DNA of 64,000 nt from an uncultured Nitrospiraceae bacterium (GTDB lineage Bacteria > Nitrospirota > Nitrospiria > Nitrospirales > Nitrospiraceae), in NCBI GenBank assembly GCA_963730935.1, contig CAVSTP010000002.1, forward strand, positions 704,001 to 768,000, written 5' to 3'. Under the pieces are notes generated by a model that did not search any database, was not told where the DNA came from, and saw only the letters and a list, made by a program, of their open reading frames with translations. Of the stretch, positions 30,985 through 39,659 are shown piece by piece; the first letter of the stretch is position 1; the number at the start of each line of letters is the position of its first letter. Made by a program: the position numbers and the translations under genes.

Positions 30985-32682
30985 TCACACCCGTTCCTCC
31001 GCTCGCTTCTCAAGGCGTTGGAAGACAGACAGGCGGGTTTGCTCCAGGCGCTGGAACCCTTCATCAACATAGAGACGGTTCAAAAACAGCACATAGAGCT
31101 TGATGCGGATGCTCTCGATCCAGGCCGGCACCAGCAGTGACCGGCCATGGGCCTTCATATAGACATAGCACCAGCCGAGGATGATGACGAGCGTCGCCGC
31201 CCCGATCATCATGTCGAAGAGCCGGTTGGGCAGCTCCGCCGCCTTAAAGTATGAGGCGACATCCTCTTCGTTGGGATACAGGAAGGCGGTGAACGACTCA
31301 ACGGCGAACAGATATACGAAGACGACGAACAAGAGCGTCAGTAGCATGGCGGACGACACTTTCCACGAAGCCACGGCGCGCAAATGCGTCAACGTGAGGA
31401 TGGCTTGCGACGAGGTGACCCAGATGAAAAAGAGGAAGATCACGGTGCCTTGCGCTTCGAGCAGAGGAATATCCAGGATGCCGTGCGTGACCAACAAGAT
31501 CAGCAGAGGGATCATGAGCGTAGTAACAAATCCGGTGAACCACGTCAGCGGCGAGTAGCCCTCCTCGCCCGTGTCATGGGCAATATGGGGGAAATGCGGT
31601 TCCTGTCGCGCTCTGCCGATGACGTTGCCGCAGTTCAAGAACACGGTGGCCTTGAACAATCCATGCGCAATCAAATGAAACACGGCCAAAGAAAAAGCGC
31701 CCAAGCCGCATTCCATGACCATGTAGCCCATCTGGCCGATGGTCGAAAAGCCGAGCATGTTTTTGATGTCGTTCTGCGCCAGCATCATGGAGGCACCGAG
31801 TACCGCGGTCAGTGTGCCGATGAGAAATGCGATGTGCAGCGTCGTCGAGCTGAGGCCGAACAGCGGCGCGAGCCGGTTGATGAGAAAGCCTCCGGCGTTG
31901 ATGATGCCGGCGTGCAAGAGCGCTGTCACGGGGGTCGGAGCATACAGATAGCGCGGAAGCCAGATGTGAAAAGGAAACTGTGCGGACTTGCTCATGCCGC
32001 CGATCAGAAGAAGCAACGTGACGGCCGTGGCGCCATTGAAGTCGATGCCGGGTAGAAGCGCAACACTGGCCGTCGATCGGGCGGCAGCGGTGAAGATGTC
32101 AGGAAATTCCAACGTGCCATACAGTGAGTAAGCCAATGCGATAGCGGCGAGAAAGGCGACGTCACCAACACGCAAGATGGTGAACGTGCGGAAAGCACCT
32201 TCAAGGGTCCCGGCATGGCCATGGTTGTGGATCAGAATATAGAGCAGATAACCCAGGATCTGCCAGAAGACGAACAGCATCATGAGATTTCCGCTTGAGA
32301 CCATGCAGAGCAGGACGCAGATCGCAACGCCGATCGTGCTGAAATACCGGCGCTCATGAGGCTCCTGATACATGTAATTGAGCGAGTAGGTGTAGATGAT
32401 GGTTCCGATGGCGGAAATCAACACCATCATGACGGCGCTAAGACGATCGATATAGAAGCTGATCGGTAGCGGAAGTATGTTCGCATCAGCGGGATCGTAC
32501 AATCGGACCGAAATCGGTCCGCTCGTTGCGACCACGTAGAGAGTCCAGATGGCGCCGAAGAAGGCAGCGCCGAGCGGCCAGGCGCCCATTTTCATTCGCT
32601 CGCGTCTGCTAGCCTCACGGCCGGCAAGGACGATGAGGACCGTCAAGAGAGGAAGCAGCGGGACAAGCAGAGCGGCGGTCAT
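30985..32682 (-). CDS. dabB: DabB/MpsA (NuoL-like) membrane subunit, copy 1
   Basis: IDRLSAVM, SKSAQFPFHIWLP, APTPVTALLHAG, FHLIAHGLFKA; GAGG RBS before ATG 32682. Confidence 0.88.
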   Translation of the reverse strand: MTAALLVPLLPLLTVLIVLAGREASRRERMKMGAWPLGAAFFGAIWTLYVVATSGPISVRLYDPADANILPLPISFYIDRLSAVMMVLISAIGTIIYTYSLNYMYQEPHERRYFSTIGVAICVLLCMVSSGNLMMLFVFWQILGYLLYILIHNHGHAGTLEGAFRTFTILRVGDVAFLAAIALAYSLYGTLEFPDIFTAAARSTASVALLPGIDFNGATAVTLLLLIGGMSKSAQFPFHIWLPRYLYAPTPVTALLHAGIINAGGFLINRLAPLFGLSSTTLHIAFLIGTLTAVLGASMMLAQNDIKNMLGFSTIGQMGYMVMECGLGAFSLAVFHLIAHGLFKATVFLNCGNVIGRARQEPHFPHIAHDTGEEGYSPLTWFTGFVTTLMIPLLILLVTHGILDIPLLEAQGTVIFLFFIWVTSSQAILTLTHLRAVASWKVSSAMLLTLLFVVFVYLFAVESFTAFLYPNEEDVASYFKAAELPNRLFDMMIGAATLVIILGWCYVYMKAHGRSLLVPAWIESIRIKLYVLFLNRLYVDEGFQRLEQTRLSVFQRLEKRAEERV

Positions 32683-32706
32683 CAGCGCCTCATGTCTCCA
32701 TGAAAC

Positions 32707-32756
32707 AAAAAAAGCCAATCGATCCATCGACAGAGTCGATGGGACTCGGTTGGCTT
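32707..32756 (-). terminator. Intrinsic terminator/attenuator in the dab operon leader
   Basis: Minus strand AAGCCAA-C-CGA-GTC-CCATCGAC-TCT-GTCGATGG-A-TCG-A-TTGGCTT with a U7 tract, ending about 25 nt upstream of the dabB start. Confidence 0.8.
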
Positions 32757-32884
32757 GTACTGCGGCAGGCCGTCAGGCGAACAGCCGGCCACCCTACGGC
32801 CTAGAGGAGAAATCCGGCGTCCCGTTTGTCCGATACAACCACTGGAAAAACAGCAGCGCCGTCCGATCCTGGACGGCCTCATAG

Positions 32885-32911
32885 ATAATATGATGGCGCG
32901 AACGACGTCAA
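32885..32911 (-). promoter_or_regulatory. Putative dab operon promoter
   Basis: TTGACG (32911-32906) and TATTAT (32890-32885); the 15-bp spacer is short. Confidence 0.4.
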
Positions 32912-33003
32912 TATCGGAGTCGGCCTCAGGCCTCAATACCGCTGCCGGATAGCACGAAAGGCCCACAGCAGACCGAATGGTGAGACAAAGGGCTCACGGC
33001 ATC

Positions 33004-33033
33004 TTGTTCGAAACTCTCTTGCAACTCTATAAT
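33004..33033 (+). promoter_or_regulatory. Promoter for mpsC-CA-selO
   Basis: Perfect TATAAT at 33028-33033 with TTGTTC 18 bp upstream. Confidence 0.55.
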
Positions 33034-33052
33034 CCGCGCGAAAGGTCCAACC

Positions 33053-33397
33053 GTGGAAACAGCGATTCGCAACGCCATCATCAAGTTCGAACAGGAATTC
33101 ATGGGCAGGGGACCGGACGATGTCCGGGCCTCTATCGTCCGTGATCTGGTCGTGGTCCGGCTCAAGGGCGTCCTGACACCTGCCGAACGGCAGTTGGCAA
33201 AAACTGCGGAAGGTGTCGACATGGTGAAGCGACTGCGGCAGAATTTGATTGCGCAGGGGCGTGACAAGCTCTGCGAGCAGGTAAGCGAGATTACGCGAGC
33301 CAAGGTCTTGGGCGTCTTCACCGACATCGATGTCCAGCTGGGCGAGCGCGTGTTCGTGTTCACGATGGACCGAGAACTGCAGAACGGCGGACGGTAA
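33053..33397 (+). CDS. DUF2294 / MpsC family protein
   Basis: KFEQEFMGRGP, VVRLKGVLTPAERQL, TDIDVQLGERVFVFT; a family commonly linked to DUF2309 loci. Confidence 0.88.
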   Translation: METAIRNAIIKFEQEFMGRGPDDVRASIVRDLVVVRLKGVLTPAERQLAKTAEGVDMVKRLRQNLIAQGRDKLCEQVSEITRAKVLGVFTDIDVQLGERVFVFTMDRELQNGGR

Positions 33398-33403
33398 CCG
33401 GCA

Positions 33404-34051
33404 ATGGAAAAACTCGTCAAAGGATTCCTGAAATTCCGGGGCGAGGTCTTCGGGAAGAAAAAGGACCTCTTCACCCGGCTCTCTCAAAAGCAGGAGCCTC
33501 GCGCGCTGTTCATCACCTGTTCAGATTCCCGTGTGGATCCGACCCTGATGACGCAGGCCGAGCCGGGAGAGCTCTTCATCCTGCGAAATGCCGGCAACAT
33601 GGTGCCGCCCTACGGATCGATGCAGGGCGGGAGCACGGCGACCATCGAATATGCGATGGCTGTCCTCAAGGTTCCTCACATCATCGTCTGCGGCCATACG
33701 GATTGCGGCGTCATGAAGGCGCTCCTGCATCCCGAAGAGGTCCATGACTTGCCCGCCGTTAAAGAATGGGTGGGACAGGCTGAAACCACCAGGCGCCTGA
33801 TGCGGGAACACTACGTCGATCTCGAAGGCAACGACCGCCTGATCAAAACGACCCAGGAAAACGTCAGGGCTCAACTCGATCACCTGCGCACTCACCCCTC
33901 TGTCGCGTTGCAGCTTCGAAAGGGAAAGGTTGATCTCCATGGCTGGGTCTATTCCATTTCGACCGGCGACATCTGGGTCTACGATTTCGGAAGCGAGCAG
34001 TTCACTTCCCTCCTGGAGGAGCCGCCAACGCGGTTGAAAGCGGCCCCCTAG
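33404..34051 (+). CDS. Beta-class carbonic anhydrase
   Basis: ITCSDSRV, PGELFILRNAGN, TIEYAM, CGHTDCG, HGWVY. Confidence 0.95.
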   Translation: MEKLVKGFLKFRGEVFGKKKDLFTRLSQKQEPRALFITCSDSRVDPTLMTQAEPGELFILRNAGNMVPPYGSMQGGSTATIEYAMAVLKVPHIIVCGHTDCGVMKALLHPEEVHDLPAVKEWVGQAETTRRLMREHYVDLEGNDRLIKTTQENVRAQLDHLRTHPSVALQLRKGKVDLHGWVYSISTGDIWVYDFGSEQFTSLLEEPPTRLKAAP

Positions 34052-34070
34052 CCCTGGCATCCTGGTGTCC

Positions 34071-35546
34071 ATGGGCGATCGTCATCTTGAAACCCTCTCG
34101 TTCGACAACACCTATGCCCGGCTCCCGGATGCTTTCCACGCGAAGCTGAACCCCACTCCATTCTCCTCGCCGCCTTATCTGGTCAGTCTCAACGCCGCCG
34201 CTGCCGATCTCATCGACCTCGACCTTGAAGAAGCCAAGAGACCGGAGTTCGCCGCACTCTTCGGCGGCAACATGCTGGCGCCGGGCATGGAGCCGCTTGC
34301 CATGCTCTATTCGGGCCATCAATTCGGCGTCTATGTGCCTCAGTTGGGAGATGGCCGCGCCATTCTTTTGGGCGAAGCCACAAATGCACGGGGCGAACAC
34401 TGGGATCTGCATCTCAAAGGAGCGGGGATGACACCCTTTTCGCGGGACGGCGATGGCCGCGCCGTCTTGCGGTCAACGATACGGGAATATCTGTGCAGTG
34501 AGGCGATGCACGCGCTCGGCATTCCCACCACACGAGCCTTGTGCATCGTCGGCAGCGACGACAAGGTATACCGCGAACAGGTCGAAACCGGTGCGACACT
34601 GCTGCGTATGGCGCCCTCGCATGTGCGATTCGGCACCTTCGAGATCTTTTATTATCGCCGCCAACACGAACATCTCAAGATTCTGGCCGACTATGTCATC
34701 GACAGTCATTACGCTCACCTTCGAGAGGCCACGGAGAAATATGCGGTCTTTTTTGGCGAGGTGGTCGAGCGCACGGCAAAGTTGATTGCGCGCTGGCAGG
34801 CGGTCGGCTGGGCGCACGGCGTCATGAATACCGACAACATGTCGATTCTGGGCCTGACGCTCGACTATGGGCCGTTCGGCTTCATGGACGACTATGATGC
34901 CGGCCTCATCTGCAATCATTCGGATCATAACGGACGTTATGCCTTCAATCAGCAGCCGTATATCGGATTGTGGAATCTCAGCTGTCTCGCCCAGGCGTTG
35001 CTGCCACTCGCAGACAAAGAGGCATTGAAAGCGGCACTCGATTCCTACATGCCGACGCTCGAGCGCGAGTATCGAGCCCTCATGCGGGCCAAGCTCGGCC
35101 TAACACAAGAACGGGGAGATGACGACGAACTGATCCGCGATTTCCTAGGCCTGCTCCAGGGGAGTCATGCCGACTTCACGATTGTGTTCCGCGAGATGGG
35201 CAGGTTCTCGTCACAACCGGGAATGAAGAACGAACATTTACGCGAGCATTTCCTGAACCGCGACCGGTTCGATGAGTGGGCAGGGCGTTACCGCGATCGC
35301 TTGCAGAGCGAGGGGGGCCGGGACGAGGAGCGGCAGGACGCCATGAACCGGGTCAACCCGAAGTATGTGCTCCGAAATTACCTGGCCCAGCACGCGATCG
35401 AAAAGGCGCAGCAAAAAGATTTTGCCGAGGTGGACCGCCTTTTTACGCTTCTGCAACACCCCTATACCGAGCAGCCTGGAATGGACGCCTACGCCGCTCC
35501 TCCGCCCAATTGGGGCAAGCACTTAAGCGTGAGCTGCTCCTCTTAG
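34071..35546 (+). CDS. selO: Protein adenylyltransferase SelO (YdiU)
   Basis: YSGHQFG, QLGDGRA, LKGAG.TPFSR.GDGRAVLRS, HGVMNTDN, DYGPFG, C-terminal SCSS. Confidence 0.95.
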   Translation: MGDRHLETLSFDNTYARLPDAFHAKLNPTPFSSPPYLVSLNAAAADLIDLDLEEAKRPEFAALFGGNMLAPGMEPLAMLYSGHQFGVYVPQLGDGRAILLGEATNARGEHWDLHLKGAGMTPFSRDGDGRAVLRSTIREYLCSEAMHALGIPTTRALCIVGSDDKVYREQVETGATLLRMAPSHVRFGTFEIFYYRRQHEHLKILADYVIDSHYAHLREATEKYAVFFGEVVERTAKLIARWQAVGWAHGVMNTDNMSILGLTLDYGPFGFMDDYDAGLICNHSDHNGRYAFNQQPYIGLWNLSCLAQALLPLADKEALKAALDSYMPTLEREYRALMRAKLGLTQERGDDDELIRDFLGLLQGSHADFTIVFREMGRFSSQPGMKNEHLREHFLNRDRFDEWAGRYRDRLQSEGGRDEERQDAMNRVNPKYVLRNYLAQHAIEKAQQKDFAEVDRLFTLLQHPYTEQPGMDAYAAPPPNWGKHLSVSCSS

Positions 35547-35706
35547 AAGGCCTCTTATTGGAGGTGTCCTCCCCTGAGCGAAACAGTCCCCTGTATTGCA
35601 CTCCTCGCCGGGGTGGTCGAAACAGGAGTAGCTTCCTATTGCAGTCCCCCTAATCCACTGTTGTACAGTGGGTCCCACTTTTTTAGTCGAATAGGAGTAG
35701 CCCCCT

Positions 35707-38700
35707 TTGGCCAAACCGCGCGGTGATTCAAAATTAGCGGTGGCGGGTGCGCTGACGCTTGTGCTGGCCATCGCGGGTATCCTGCTGGTCAAGGAGCCTC
35801 TGCGCAGTTCGCGGCCCGTCGGCAGCGGCCTGGAGATGAAGCAGGCCACAGGCGAGCAATTGGTTCGAGCGCGCCTCTGGGAAGATCCCGTTGCGGCGGT
35901 TGAACGGGCGATACGCGAGAAAGCGCCCACCAAGACCGGAAGCGGATTGTCCTTGGCCCAACGGCTCGCCTCTCTGCGTCATGCAATTGCGCATCGCGTC
36001 CGCAGCGGACAGCGCCTGACTGTGCTGCTCGTCACCACGACCGGAGGGCCTTATGTCGAAAGCACCGAATCGCGCCTCCGTGACCGGTACGCCGTCGGCA
36101 CAGCGCTGGGCGCCGCCTGTTATGTCCCTGAGGATGAAAACCGTCTCTCCTTTCTGTATTGGGAACCGGAAAGTCCCGTTCGAGGGCTTCCCTATGAATG
36201 GTACCGGCTCAGAAAAACCCGCTTGTGCAGCCCGGCAGGTACACGGGCAGACAGTATTCTGGTCGTGTGGCTGCCGGACGAGGCCTTGACCAGCGGCTTT
36301 CTCGGGACATTGACTTCGTTGTCTCAAGGACTCGTCTGCCAGGAGACGGCGAAGCAGGAGTGTCCGCTTACCGCAACCACGCCTCCTCTCGTGCGATTGG
36401 ATCCCGCCTTGCAGCGGGCGGTGTCTTTCAAAATCATCGGGCCCCGGAGTTCGTCCGCCTACCGCGGGCTTCTCGACGAGGCCGGGCGCCTTTATGGATC
36501 TCCGCATCCGGACGTCGGGACCTGGCCCAACGCCGACGGCGCGATCGAACTCTACTCGCCCTGGGCCAGCGCGATGAAGGGACTGCTCGCGTATGGCCTC
36601 AAGGCTGAATCCGGCAAGGGCACAGCCTGCGTGACCTATGAAGACTGCGAACACGAATTTCATCGACGGCTTTCGGATGCGAACATTAGGTTGGTCTATG
36701 ACGTCGGCAGCGACGACCTCCGCTTCCAGTCTCTGATTGCCGAATTGGAACGAAGGCAGGTTCGCCTCGGCTGGGATGCCGTCATCCTGATCGGGGAATG
36801 GGACTCCTTTTATGGGCGGGCGCTTCCCCTCGAGTTCCGGGCGGCAGCCTGTACGAAAATCGCTACTTTTTCTGAAGCGGATCTCAAGACGATTCAGGTG
36901 CCGATCGATATCAAGCAGTGGTGTCAGACGGTGCCGCAGGCGATCGATCTGCAGATTCAACATCCCGCCGATTATGAATCACTCACTCTCAATGTGTTCC
37001 GCTACAGCTATCTTGGCGGCCTGGATGGAGAAATTCCTGGGGACGATGCCGCCCGCGCAGCACGCGCGGCCAAGGCGGCCGACCAAGGCAAGGATGCCAC
37101 GAGAGACCGGCCGGAAGGCACCGGCCAAACGGACTATGTCAAGGCGCTCGTTGCGCGCATTCATGATGAGGGAGAGGGTGCCAGAGCCATCGGCATCATG
37201 GGGACCGATCCCTACGATGCGCTCCTCATCATCAAGGCCCTGCGCCCTGCCTTTCCGCACGCGATCTTTTTTACCCTCGATTTGGATGCGCGCCATTTGC
37301 ATCCCAGCGAATACAAATCCACGCGCAACATGGTGATTGCCGCACCCTTCGGCCTACAGCTTGAGGGAAATTTTCAGCGAGACGTCCCGCCGTTTCGCAG
37401 CAGTTACCAAACATCGGCGTATTTTGCCGTGTTGCAAGCCGTCGGCCACGTTCGCTGCGAGTTGCACGGTCATCAGCAGCAAACGGCGCCCTGTACGACC
37501 GGTTATCACGTCGCGCTGACACCGGACGATCGGCTCTATGACGCTGGCTCCCATCCGCGTCTATTTGAAGTGGGAAGGGACGGCGCCGTTGACTTGAGCG
37601 TGGTCGAGAAGGAGGGCGTGCGAACGATTCATCCGATGCGGCCCGATCTCGATCATACGGAAGAGATGGGCCAACTCAAGCAAGGCATCGGGTTAGACAA
37701 CACCGCCGTTGCGGTCATGTTGCTCGTCGCGCTGTTCATTGGAAGTATCATCGCCTGGAGCAATCAGCGTCTGTGGCTATGGGTTTCGCGGAATATGCGG
37801 CTCTTGTCTACCATTGGGCTTATTGTGTTGGCCGCATTCTCGGCCTTTCTGGCATTAGGCGGGGTTTCTGCTTTGCTTGCAGGTCATGATGAAGGCGAGC
37901 CATTCTCGTTGACTGCTGGAGTGAGTGTCTGGCCGAGCGAATTGATTCGTCTCTTCGTCGTCGTGCTCTGCCTGGTGTTGCTTGCAAACGGGTCGCGCGA
38001 CCTGCTCAAGAACGGCGACCGCATTACGGATGCCTTTCTGTTCCAAGACGAGTCTGGATTTCAGGGCTTTTCACTGAAGAGCTTCTGGACCAACCTCAAG
38101 CGGGTCTATCATCCGGCCGCGACGATGACCGCGACGACGGTCGATCAAGCCTGGTCGTGGTATCGCGAGGCTAGCAAACCGGCACAGTGGATGACGCGAA
38201 CGGTTCTGTTGTTCATGCTGTATATCGGGATGATGTGGCTCTTAGGCTACTATGTCCTGGACGAGGAGTACATTCATCCCTGCCGCGGTCAGCTGAGTTG
38301 CCGAGTGGACTGGATTATGACCGTGGCCAGCACGGCCTTGGTGGTATTTCTCAACCTTGCCGTGTTCGACGCGGTGATGTTATGCCGCCGCTGGATCAGC
38401 TGGGTCACGGCGTCGACAGGCGGCTGGTCTCAACAGGTGCAGGAACAGTATCTCGTCGATTATGGCTTGAGTGAGACTCAGAAGGCCGAATTCGACAAGC
38501 TCAAGCATTTGGCCGTCGTAGACCTGATCGGACAGCGGACTGAAGTAGTAAATCGCCTGATCCGGTATCCATTTATTGCCTTGATCATCCTGATCGCCGG
38601 GCGTAACGATTACTTCGACATCTGGAATTACCCCACTCTTTTACTGCTCTCGTGGGCATTGAACGTGCTGCTGGCGTTGCTGGCCGCATATTTACTGTAT

Positions 38701-38931
38701 CAGGCGGCGAGCCAGGCCAAGGCCGCAATGCTGGATGGCCTCAGCAGGAAGATGGTGCAGGTCTTGGGCAGCGGCAAAGACCACGACCTCCGAATGAAGC
38801 AGGTTCAATTTATTATCGACAGAGTGGAAGCCCATGAACAAGGCGCATTCGTGCCTCTTTACCAGCAGCCGGTCATCGAGTCGTCGCTGTACGGCCTCGT
38901 GGCGCTTCTTCAATACCTGTACGTGCGATAA
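35707..38931 (+). CDS. Large hypothetical membrane protein (N-terminal anchor, Cys-rich extracytoplasmic domain, multi-TM C-terminus)
   Basis: 1074-aa uninterrupted ORF; TTG start behind AGGAG; hydropathy judged by eye. Confidence 0.85.
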   Translation: MAKPRGDSKLAVAGALTLVLAIAGILLVKEPLRSSRPVGSGLEMKQATGEQLVRARLWEDPVAAVERAIREKAPTKTGSGLSLAQRLASLRHAIAHRVRSGQRLTVLLVTTTGGPYVESTESRLRDRYAVGTALGAACYVPEDENRLSFLYWEPESPVRGLPYEWYRLRKTRLCSPAGTRADSILVVWLPDEALTSGFLGTLTSLSQGLVCQETAKQECPLTATTPPLVRLDPALQRAVSFKIIGPRSSSAYRGLLDEAGRLYGSPHPDVGTWPNADGAIELYSPWASAMKGLLAYGLKAESGKGTACVTYEDCEHEFHRRLSDANIRLVYDVGSDDLRFQSLIAELERRQVRLGWDAVILIGEWDSFYGRALPLEFRAAACTKIATFSEADLKTIQVPIDIKQWCQTVPQAIDLQIQHPADYESLTLNVFRYSYLGGLDGEIPGDDAARAARAAKAADQGKDATRDRPEGTGQTDYVKALVARIHDEGEGARAIGIMGTDPYDALLIIKALRPAFPHAIFFTLDLDARHLHPSEYKSTRNMVIAAPFGLQLEGNFQRDVPPFRSSYQTSAYFAVLQAVGHVRCELHGHQQQTAPCTTGYHVALTPDDRLYDAGSHPRLFEVGRDGAVDLSVVEKEGVRTIHPMRPDLDHTEEMGQLKQGIGLDNTAVAVMLLVALFIGSIIAWSNQRLWLWVSRNMRLLSTIGLIVLAAFSAFLALGGVSALLAGHDEGEPFSLTAGVSVWPSELIRLFVVVLCLVLLANGSRDLLKNGDRITDAFLFQDESGFQGFSLKSFWTNLKRVYHPAATMTATTVDQAWSWYREASKPAQWMTRTVLLFMLYIGMMWLLGYYVLDEEYIHPCRGQLSCRVDWIMTVASTALVVFLNLAVFDAVMLCRRWISWVTASTGGWSQQVQEQYLVDYGLSETQKAEFDKLKHLAVVDLIGQRTEVVNRLIRYPFIALIILIAGRNDYFDIWNYPTLLLLSWALNVLLALLAAYLLYQAASQAKAAMLDGLSRKMVQVLGSGKDHDLRMKQVQFIIDRVEAHEQGAFVPLYQQPVIESSLYGLVALLQYLYVR

Positions 38932-38939
38932 CATTGTTC

Positions 38940-39659
38940 ATGCGGCAAGACCATATCGGAGGCTTGAAGATCCGATTGACTGGGGGAACGGACGGTCGGG
39001 GCGGCGGTAACGGTCCTGTCGTGATCTTGTTGCACGGTTACGGTGCTCCCGGAGACGATTTGCTCCCGCTCGCGGAGGTGCTGAGCGGTCCGGCAGGGAC
39101 GCGGTGGATCTTCCCTGAAGGGCCCTTGCCGCTCAACATGGGTTTCGGTGATTCCCACGCCTGGTGGCTGATCGATATGGCGCGTCTCGAAGCAGATCGT
39201 GCAGCCGGACGGGTGCGTGACTTGTCTTCTGAGGTGCCGCGTGGACTTCTCCAAGCACGGCAAGCGCTCGAGACATTCCTGACCGACTTGCCCCGCAAGC
39301 TGCCGGTAGATCCTCGAAAAACGATCATCGGCGGATTTTCGCAGGGTGCGATGCTCACGTGCGATCTTGTGATGCGCACGGCTTTCCCGTTTGCGGGGTT
39401 GATTCAGCTCTCCGGGTCGCTTCTTGCCAAGCAGGATTGGCGGCCTTCCGTTGGCAAGCGGGCGGGCCTGCCCGTCTTCCAAAGCCACGGGACGCTGGAT
39501 CCCATTCTTCCGTACGTCATGGCGGAGCGGCTGCGGGATGAGCTCACTTCAGCCGGATTGAAGGTGCAGTGGCACAGTTTTCAGGGGGGCCATGAGATTT
39601 CCGAACCGATCCTGACGCGGCTGAACGGATTCATTACGAAGGTACTGGCTAAGGCATGA
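38940..39659 (+). CDS. Phospholipase/carboxylesterase family alpha/beta hydrolase
   Basis: LLHGYGAPGDDL, GGFSQGA, HGTLDPIL, GGHEI. Confidence 0.9.
   Translation: MRQDHIGGLKIRLTGGTDGRGGGNGPVVILLHGYGAPGDDLLPLAEVLSGPAGTRWIFPEGPLPLNMGFGDSHAWWLIDMARLEADRAAGRVRDLSSEVPRGLLQARQALETFLTDLPRKLPVDPRKTIIGGFSQGAMLTCDLVMRTAFPFAGLIQLSGSLLAKQDWRPSVGKRAGLPVFQSHGTLDPILPYVMAERLRDELTSAGLKVQWHSFQGGHEISEPILTRLNGFITKVLAKA

Noticed and set aside
27851..32682. Reading the NuoL/NuoM-like genes as respiratory complex I or an Mrp antiporter
   Set aside because: No other nuo or mrp genes are present, and direct coupling to DUF2309 indicates a DAB
32682..32966. Minus-strand ORF running through the dab leader and ending in TGATG overlap with dabB (possible leader peptide)
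   Set aside because: No RBS; the internal ATG at 32882 is only 2 nt after the putative -10; the composition is not protein-like. Kept only as a weak alternative mechanism.
32926..33487. Minus-strand ORFs of 182 and 184 aa
   Set aside because: Antisense to the clearly recognisable DUF2294 and CA genes
35520..35546. Selenocysteine recoding at the selO C-terminus
   Set aside because: The gene ends AGC TGC TCC TCT TAG (SCSS); no in-frame TGA
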